DNA of 64,000 nt from Bacteroidales bacterium UBA6431 (GTDB taxonomy: Bacteria; Bacteroidota; Bacteroidia; Bacteroidales; UBA932): NCBI GenBank assembly GCA_002439095.1, contig DJOT01000021.1, positions 55,282-119,281 of the forward strand, in the 5' to 3' direction. Both the position numbers and the translations under genes were made by a program. This document shows positions 57,294 through 64,000 of the stretch, piece after piece. How positions within the stretch are numbered: position 1 is the stretch's first letter; the number at the start of each line of letters is the position of its first letter. The notes under the pieces were generated by a model. The model had not been told where the DNA came from. It made no database searches and worked only from the letters and a program-made list of their open reading frames with translations.

Positions 57294-58016
57294 ATGTTGA
57301 TAGAAGTCAAGGATGTCAACAAGACATACAACAACGGACAGCCTCTCCATGTCCTCAAAGGGATAGACTTGAGCATAGCGGAGGGGGAGTTCGTCTCCAT
57401 CATGGGGGCTTCCGGCTCGGGGAAGTCCACGCTTCTCAATATTCTCGGCATCCTGGACAACTACGACAGCGGAGAATACCGCATCGACGGACAGCTCATC
57501 AAGGACCTCTCGGAGAGGCAGGCGGCGGATTACCGTAACCGCTTGATAGGCTTTATCTTTCAGTCTTTCAATTTGATAAGTTTCAAGACGGCGGTGGAGA
57601 ATGTCGAACTTCCGCTATTCTATCAGGGGGTCAGCCGCAAGGCGCGTCACGAGCGCGCCATGGAATACCTCTCCCGTCTGGGCATAGCCGACTGGGCCTC
57701 ACATTATCCAAACGAGATGTCCGGAGGACAGAAGCAGAGAGTCGCCATAGCCCGTGCTCTGATAACCAATCCGCGGATAATACTCGCCGATGAGCCGACA
57801 GGGGCACTGGATTCCAGGACTTCGGAAGAGGTGATGGAACTTCTCGGCAGGCTCAACCGGGAGAATGGTGTCACAATCATAGTGGTGACACATGAGAGCG
57901 GCGTGGCCAACTGCACGGACAAGATAGTGCATATCAAGGACGGCATAATAGGGAAGATTGAGGATAACAGGGAGCATCACGCTTCAGTTTTCGGCGCAGG
58001 TACCATAATGAAATGA
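57294..58016 (+). CDS. ABC transporter ATP-binding protein (MacB/LolD family)
   Basis: GASGSGKST, MSGGQKQRVAIARA, ILADEPTGALD. Confidence 0.95.
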   Translation: MLIEVKDVNKTYNNGQPLHVLKGIDLSIAEGEFVSIMGASGSGKSTLLNILGILDNYDSGEYRIDGQLIKDLSERQAADYRNRLIGFIFQSFNLISFKTAVENVELPLFYQGVSRKARHERAMEYLSRLGIADWASHYPNEMSGGQKQRVAIARALITNPRIILADEPTGALDSRTSEEVMELLGRLNRENGVTIIVVTHESGVANCTDKIVHIKDGIIGKIEDNREHHASVFGAGTIMK

Positions 58017-59275
58017 GAGACATCTTCATCGAAATATGGGAAAGCGTGCGCCGCAACAAACTGCGCACCTGTCTGACCGGATTTGCCGTGGCGTGGGGCA
58101 TCTTTATGCTCATCGTGCTTCTCGGGTCGGGCAACGGGCTGCTCAACTCCTTCATGGCCGGGAGCGCCGGTATCAATGTGAACACCATGCAGATCGGCGG
58201 TGGCTGGACATCAAAGCCGTATGGTGGCTTGAAGGCCGGACGAAGCATAGAATTGGACGAGAGAGACATTGACATCACTGAAGGTGTCATGTTTCGGGAT
58301 CATGTAGACGAAGTGACGGCTACGGTGTCGTCATCGGTTACGGTCGTCTGTGGGGCAAATTCATTCTCCGGCACAATCGAGGGTGATTATCCGGAGCGTC
58401 AGGACATGGACAAAATCGAGATCCTCCATGGTCGTTTTATCAATGAGAAAGATATCCAGGACAGACGCAAGGTGGTCGTGATTCCTCAGGACCGTGCTGA
58501 AGATCTTCTTGACGGGAAACCGTCAGAAGGACTTGTAGGCAAGAGGGTTACAATAAATGACTTTTCTTTTCTTGTCGTGGGCATCAGCAAGGCCGACATG
58601 ATGGACGGGTCCAATCGCTTCTTCGCTCCGTTTTCTACGGTTAGGATCATTTTCTCCAAGGGGAGCAAGATTGATGATCTGACTTTTACTTTCCATGGAC
58701 TGAAGACATTAGAGGAGAGCGAAGAGTTTGAGAAGTCTTACAAGGCCGCTGTCAACCTCGGGCATGGGGCCGCTCCTGATGACGACAGTGCAATCTGGAT
58801 ATGGAACCGATTTACGGAGAGTCTCCAGATGGAGAAAGGTGGGCATATCATCCGTATAGCTCTATGGGTGATAGGGCTTTTCACCCTGCTCAGCGGGATA
58901 GTCGGTGTCAGCAACATAATGCTCATCACCGTCAAGGAGCGGACTCACGAGTTCGGCATCCGCAAGGCCATCGGAGCCCGCCCTTGGAGCATAATGAAAC
59001 TTATAGTGGCGGAGAGCGTGGCCATCACGGCGTTTTTCGGATATATAGGGATGGTGCTCGGGCTTGTGGCCTGTGAGGTCCTCGACAAGACTGTGGGGCA
59101 GGCCTCCGCATCAGTCATGGGGCAGCAGATAGCCATGTTCGTCAACCCCACGGTCGGGGTGGATGTCGCCTTGCAGGCCACACTGCTGCTCATAATAGCG
59201 GGTACGCTTGCCGGGCTTGCTCCTGCGCGCAGGGCCGCCAATGTCAGACCGATTGAAGCACTCAGGGCGGAATGA
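58013..59275 (+). CDS. ABC transporter permease (MacB-type)
   Basis: GVSNIMLITVKERTHEFGIRKAIGA, PIEALRAE. Confidence 0.93.
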   Translation: MRDIFIEIWESVRRNKLRTCLTGFAVAWGIFMLIVLLGSGNGLLNSFMAGSAGINVNTMQIGGGWTSKPYGGLKAGRSIELDERDIDITEGVMFRDHVDEVTATVSSSVTVVCGANSFSGTIEGDYPERQDMDKIEILHGRFINEKDIQDRRKVVVIPQDRAEDLLDGKPSEGLVGKRVTINDFSFLVVGISKADMMDGSNRFFAPFSTVRIIFSKGSKIDDLTFTFHGLKTLEESEEFEKSYKAAVNLGHGAAPDDDSAIWIWNRFTESLQMEKGGHIIRIALWVIGLFTLLSGIVGVSNIMLITVKERTHEFGIRKAIGARPWSIMKLIVAESVAITAFFGYIGMVLGLVACEVLDKTVGQASASVMGQQIAMFVNPTVGVDVALQATLLLIIAGTLAGLAPARRAANVRPIEALRAE

Positions 59276-60504
59276 GATTCGATGCAGACACATTCAAGGA
59301 GATATCCGACTCCCTTACTCGCAACAAGAGCCGCAGCCTTTTGACCGGCTTTGGGGTGTTCTGGGGTATTTTCATGCTGCTGTTCCTCGCTGGGGGTGGC
59401 CACGGAATGAAACAGATGCTCTCCAAAAATTTCGAGGGCTTTGCCACCAACACCACGATTCTATGGCCATCCAAGACCACCAAGCCGTACCTCGGCTTCA
59501 AGCAGGGACGGGCATGGTGGTTCACTCAGGATGATGTCGCCCGCCTGCGAGCCCTCGTCCCGGAGCTGGATATCGTGACACCGATTGTGTCGCAGTGGGG
59601 GCAGACGGCTTCGCATGATATCAACAGTTTCAGCGCCAGCATCAAAGGAGTGAACTCCGAATATGCCGGGATAGAGGCTCCGAAGATAAAATACGGCCGG
59701 TATATCAACGAGACGGATGTCCTGCAGGAACGGAAAGTTTGTGTGATCGGAAAAAGGGTCTACACATCCCTCTTTCCGGACGGAGGTGACCCGTGCGGGC
59801 AGAGGATCAAGATCGGGCAGGTCTGGTTTACTGTGGTGGGCGTGGATTACAATTCCGGCAGCATCAGCATCAATGGCAACTCCGACAGCGCGATCATCCT
59901 ACCTTTCAGCGTGGTGCAGAAACTCTACCACAGAGGCAACTTCGTTGACATGATTTGCGTTACAGGCCGTTCCGGGGTGAGAATGTCGGAGATTGAGCCG
60001 GCCTTGAGGGAGGTGACGGCCCGCTACCACAAGTTCAACCCGGCTGACAAGCAGGCACTCTTCGTGCTTAACACCGAGGAGATGTTTTCTCTGGTGGACA
60101 ATCTCTTCCGGGGTGTGAACTTCCTGATTCTGCTTGTCGGGCTGGGGACTATACTTGCCGGAGCCATCGGTGTGAGCAACATCATGATGGTGACGGTCCG
60201 CGAGCGCACGACCGAGATAGGCATACGGCGAGCCATCGGGGCGACCCCGTCCGACATATTGTCGCAGATCATAATGGAGAGCATCTCGCTCACCATGGCT
60301 TCGGGTGTCTCCGGGATAGTGTTCTCAGTGCTCATGCTCAGCCTGCTGGAAGCCATGACTTCACATCAGGCCGTCTTCCAGATAGGGTTCTGGACAGCGG
60401 TGGGGGCTATGGTCATGCTGACTTTCCTCGGAGTGCTCGCCGGCCTCGCGCCAGCATCCCGCGCGATGAAGATAAAACCTGTGGATGCGATGAGAGACGA
60501 ATAA
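59272..60504 (+). CDS. ABC transporter permease (MacB-type)
   Basis: GVSNIMMVTVRERTTEIGIRRAIGA, PVDAMRDE. Confidence 0.93.
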   Translation: MRFDADTFKEISDSLTRNKSRSLLTGFGVFWGIFMLLFLAGGGHGMKQMLSKNFEGFATNTTILWPSKTTKPYLGFKQGRAWWFTQDDVARLRALVPELDIVTPIVSQWGQTASHDINSFSASIKGVNSEYAGIEAPKIKYGRYINETDVLQERKVCVIGKRVYTSLFPDGGDPCGQRIKIGQVWFTVVGVDYNSGSISINGNSDSAIILPFSVVQKLYHRGNFVDMICVTGRSGVRMSEIEPALREVTARYHKFNPADKQALFVLNTEEMFSLVDNLFRGVNFLILLVGLGTILAGAIGVSNIMMVTVRERTTEIGIRRAIGATPSDILSQIIMESISLTMASGVSGIVFSVLMLSLLEAMTSHQAVFQIGFWTAVGAMVMLTFLGVLAGLAPASRAMKIKPVDAMRDE

Positions 60505-60517
60505 AAATCAAACAGAT

Positions 60518-61612
60518 ATGAAAAAGGCAGTCAAGTACATCTTTCTGGCTATAGCCGTCCTGATCGTGGCGGGGACATTCGTGTTCCTTTTCAGGAAATC
60601 ACGTCCCGAGATCACCTTGTACCAGGAATTGGAAGCCAAAACCATGGACATACGGCGCTCCACGGTCGTGACAGGCAAGATCGAGCCGCGCAATGAGGTC
60701 AACATCAAACCTCAGATCAACGGCATCATCTCCGAGCTCTACAAGGAAGCGGGCCAGATGGTCAAGGAAAACGAGATCATCGCCCGGCTCAAGGTGATCC
60801 CAGACATGTCATCCCTCAGCTCCGCCGAGTCGAGGGTGAGACTTGCCGAACTCAACCTTGCGCAGGCCAAGACTGACTTCGAGAGGGAAAAGACCCTGTA
60901 CGACAAGAATCTGGTAAGTGCTGACGAGTATGAGAAGGTTGTCCAGTCCTACAACCAGGCCAAGGAGGAGCGGGCAGCAGCGCAGGACGCGCTTGAAGTC
61001 ATACGTGACGGCGTCTCCTCCACCAACGCCACGGGAAGCTCCACTCTCGTCAGGTCCACCATCAGCGGCCTCATCCTGGACATACCCGTCAAGGTCGGCA
61101 ACTCCGTCATCCAGGCCAACACGATGAACGACGGCACCACCGTGGCCACAGTCGCCGACATGTCCGACCTCATCTTCGATGGCAACATAGACGAGACCGA
61201 GGTCGGTTCGCTCACCGAGGGCATGGACATCCTCATCACCATCGGCGCATTGCCGGGATTCAGTACCGGAGCGGTGCTGGAGTACATATCTCCGAAGGCC
61301 GTGGAGAACAACGGAACCAACCAGTTCGAGATCAAGGCCGCCGTCAAGACAGACAGCCGCTACAAGGTCCGCTCAGGCTACAGCGCCAATGCCGAGGTCG
61401 TCCTGCAGGAGGCGGACGGGGTGCTCGGTGTGCCGGAGAGCAGCCTCGTGTTCGAGGGGGACAGCTGCTTTGTCTATAAGCTCACGGCGCCGCAGGAGTT
61501 TGTCCGCACTCCGGTAAGTGTCGGGCTCAGCGACGGAGTCAACATCGAGATCAAATCAGGGCTGAAAGCAGGTGACAAGGTCCGCGGCCCGAAGATCCTC
61601 AAAAACGAGTAG
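60518..61612 (+). CDS. Efflux periplasmic adaptor subunit (MacA/HlyD family)
   Basis: TGKIEPRNEVNIKPQING, alpha-hairpin, RSTISGLILDIPVKVG, VSVGLSDG. Confidence 0.93.
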   Translation: MKKAVKYIFLAIAVLIVAGTFVFLFRKSRPEITLYQELEAKTMDIRRSTVVTGKIEPRNEVNIKPQINGIISELYKEAGQMVKENEIIARLKVIPDMSSLSSAESRVRLAELNLAQAKTDFEREKTLYDKNLVSADEYEKVVQSYNQAKEERAAAQDALEVIRDGVSSTNATGSSTLVRSTISGLILDIPVKVGNSVIQANTMNDGTTVATVADMSDLIFDGNIDETEVGSLTEGMDILITIGALPGFSTGAVLEYISPKAVENNGTNQFEIKAAVKTDSRYKVRSGYSANAEVVLQEADGVLGVPESSLVFEGDSCFVYKLTAPQEFVRTPVSVGLSDGVNIEIKSGLKAGDKVRGPKILKNE

Positions 61613-61614
61613 CC

Positions 61615-62937
61615 ATGAAGAAAATATTCTCAGCAGCGGCCTCCCTTGTCTGCGCCTGTCTGCCGGCAGCGGCACAGGGTGGCCCGTGGACTCTCTCTGA
61701 CTGTATCGCCTACGCGCTTGAACACAATATATCCGTGCAGCAGAACAGCATTGCCGTCTCGCAGCGTGAAGTGGATCTCAACACGGCCAAGAGCCGCATG
61801 CTCCCAGGCATCAGCGCCTCAGCATCAGAGAATTTCTCTTTCGGGCGCGGACTCACGTCCGACAACACCTACACCAATTCCAATACGAGTTCGACATCAT
61901 TCAGCATAGGAGGGGAGATGCCGATATTTCAGGGGCTTGATATCGTGAACGGCATCAAACTCGGCAAACTTGACCTCTCATCTGCCACCGCGGATCTTGA
62001 GAAAGCCCGCGATGACATAAGGGTCGCGGTGGCGCAGGCCTATGCCCAGATTCTCTACAATCAGGAAATCCTCGAAGTGGCCGAGTACCAGGTGGCCCAT
62101 GATGCTTCTCTTCTGGAGCAGGTGCAGGCCCGTCGCGATGCGGGCAAGGCGAGTGATGCCGAAGTGGCGGCACAGAAAGCCACCCTCGCCCAGAGCGAAC
62201 TCTCACGTACGCAGGCGCAGGGCAACCTCATGCTCTCCAAACTTGACCTGACCCAGCTTCTTGAACTCCCTTCTCCGGACGGGTTCGATGTGGTGCGTCC
62301 GGAGGTGGAGGCATTTGAGCCGCAGCTGCTTACGGACCCTGAAGAAATATACGGCATCGCTGTCGGAATCCGGCCCGCCGTGCTCTCGGCCTCCATAAAG
62401 GTCGAGGCGGCCGATGTCAGCATCGCGAAAGCTAAAGGAGCATATCTGCCCACCCTCTCGCTCAGCGGAGGCATAGGCACAAACTATTATACCACTTCCA
62501 ATGTGCAGTCCCCGAGCTTCAGTGAGCAGCTGCGCAACAATTTCAGCCAGTATATCGGGCTGTCCCTGAATGTCCCGATCTTCTCCCGCTTCTCGACCCG
62601 CAACGCTGTGCGCAACGCGGAACTCAGCCGCAAAAATTCCGCCCTCCAACTTGAGAGCGCCAAGAAGAACCTATATAAAGAGATACAGCAGGCCTATTAC
62701 AATGCTCTTACATCGCAGGCCCGTTACTCCAGCAGCCGGGAGTCTTCCTTGAGTGCCGAGCAGTATTATGAGATGACGGAACAGAAGTACCTCGCGGGCA
62801 AGGCCGGCATCACCGACTACAACGATGCCAAGAACTCGTATCTCAAGGCCAAGTCCGAGTTCCTCCAGGCCCGCTACGAGTGCCTTTTCCAGACGCGCCT
62901 GCTTGACTTCTATGAAGGAAGGGACATAGTGTTCTGA
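61615..62937 (+). CDS. TolC family outer membrane efflux protein
   Basis: WTLSDCIAYALEHN, AKGAYLPTLSL, LSLNVPIFSRF. Confidence 0.93.
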   Translation: MKKIFSAAASLVCACLPAAAQGGPWTLSDCIAYALEHNISVQQNSIAVSQREVDLNTAKSRMLPGISASASENFSFGRGLTSDNTYTNSNTSSTSFSIGGEMPIFQGLDIVNGIKLGKLDLSSATADLEKARDDIRVAVAQAYAQILYNQEILEVAEYQVAHDASLLEQVQARRDAGKASDAEVAAQKATLAQSELSRTQAQGNLMLSKLDLTQLLELPSPDGFDVVRPEVEAFEPQLLTDPEEIYGIAVGIRPAVLSASIKVEAADVSIAKAKGAYLPTLSLSGGIGTNYYTTSNVQSPSFSEQLRNNFSQYIGLSLNVPIFSRFSTRNAVRNAELSRKNSALQLESAKKNLYKEIQQAYYNALTSQARYSSSRESSLSAEQYYEMTEQKYLAGKAGITDYNDAKNSYLKAKSEFLQARYECLFQTRLLDFYEGRDIVF

Positions 62938-62984
62938 TATTCAAAAAAAATCAGCATATTTGTGTCCCGAAACTTACTGACACA

Positions 62985-64000
62985 ATGAAAAAAACAGTTC
63001 TTGTCTCCGGCGGTGCCGGATTCATCGGGAGCCACGTGACCGTGGAGCTCTCGCAGGCCGGCTACGAAGTCGTCGTGGCCGACAATATGTCCAACTGTGA
63101 TGAGACCAATTACGAAGGCGTCTGCCGTATCCTGGGCAAGCGCCCTCCGTTTGTCAAGATGGATTTCTGCGACCTTGCCGCCGTGGAGAAACTCTTCGAT
63201 GACTACAAGATAGACGCGGTCATCCATTTCGCGGCCTACAAGGCTGTCGGGGAATCCGTTTCTGATCCTCTCAAGTACTACCGCAACAATCTTCTCTCAT
63301 TCATCAACATAGTGGATGTGGCCAACCGCAAGGGAGGCTGCAACGTGCTTTTCAGCTCTTCCGCCACTGTCTATGGTGAGCCGGAGAAGCTTCCTGTGAC
63401 AGAGGAGTCACCGCGCCAGAGCGCGACATCCCCTTACGGCAACACCAAGCAGATCTGTGAGGACATCCTGCGCGACTCCGTCCGCGCCTATCCTGGCATC
63501 AAGGGCATAGCTCTCCGCTATTTCAACCCTATCGGTGCCCATCCGTCAGCCCTCATCGGCGAACTTCCGCGCGGAGTGCCTAACAACCTCGTGCCTTTCA
63601 TCACCCAGACTGCCATCGGCAAGAGAGAGTGTCTCTCCGTCTTCGGCAACGACTATCCGACACCGGACGGCACCTGCCTTCGCGACTATATAGATATAGT
63701 GGATCTGGCAAAGGCCCATGTCTGCGCCGTGGACCGCATGGTGGAGGGCAAGATGAAGGAGAAGTACGAGATCTTCAACATCGGCACCGGCCGTCCTGTA
63801 TCCGTGCTGGAACTCATAAAGACATTCGAGAAGGTCAACGGCGTCAAGCTCAACTGGAAGTTCGCTCCGCGCCGCTCAGGCGATGTGACCGCAGTGTGGG
63901 CTGACCCGGGGCTGGCCGAAAAGGAGCTTGGCTGGAAGGCTCAGCGCAGCGTGGACGAGACACTTGCCTCGGCCTGGGCCTGGGAGAAGCACCTCGCCGG
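62985..64000 (+). CDS. galE: UDP-glucose 4-epimerase, 3'-truncated by window edge
   Basis: Read manually: MKKTVLVSGGAGFIGSH, VIHFAAYKAVGES, FSSSATVYG, PYGNTK, LRYFNPIGAHPS. Confidence 0.96.
   Translation, partial: MKKTVLVSGGAGFIGSHVTVELSQAGYEVVVADNMSNCDETNYEGVCRILGKRPPFVKMDFCDLAAVEKLFDDYKIDAVIHFAAYKAVGESVSDPLKYYRNNLLSFINIVDVANRKGGCNVLFSSSATVYGEPEKLPVTEESPRQSATSPYGNTKQICEDILRDSVRAYPGIKGIALRYFNPIGAHPSALIGELPRGVPNNLVPFITQTAIGKRECLSVFGNDYPTPDGTCLRDYIDIVDLAKAHVCAVDRMVEGKMKEKYEIFNIGTGRPVSVLELIKTFEKVNGVKLNWKFAPRRSGDVTAVWADPGLAEKELGWKAQRSVDETLASAWAWEKHLA

Overview
Chromosomal window of a GC-moderate gut Bacteroidales. This assignment is inferred from TTTG-N19-TAnnTTTG promoters, an str operon without tuf, and fimbrillin/NVEALA-type genes; the genus cannot be fixed from sequence alone. 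Most of the window is housekeeping: rpsL-rpsG-fusA-rpsJ, pheS, mreBCD-mrdA-rodA, ispD, topA, PBP1A-ddl-prmC, hemW, feoB, queF/queH, two MacB-type ABC exporters, galE and four tRNAs. No CRISPR array, integrase, transposase, reverse transcriptase or prophage is visible. The most interesting signals are small. (1) Downstream of tRNA-Leu(GAG) is a tandem cassette of an NVEALA-like secreted peptide plus beta-propeller lipoproteins. The two copies share near-identical promoters and 3' ends but have divergent middles; one lipoprotein is an orphan, and the peptide gene is frameshifted in an A6 run. (2) A dispersed double-palindrome element has fixed 9-18-9 / 84-bp geometry, and one copy sits at that cassette junction. 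(3) A 1.2-kb integrase-less islet carrying only a YhcG/DUF1016 nuclease lies between perfect 70-bp tRNA-Ser repeats. (4) A preQ1-I riboswitch abuts the start codon of a transporter-queF pair. (5) A sigma54-like promoter has tandem enhancer palindromes. (6) A dense array of GNA-loop DNA hairpins lies 3' of tRNA-Leu(TAA). (7) Twin 47-bp palindromes precede an ATPase-nuclease gene. (8) A tRNA(CAT) with an A54/U58 T-loop takes the place of rplC after rpsJ. All family assignments are from motif recognition, not database searches.
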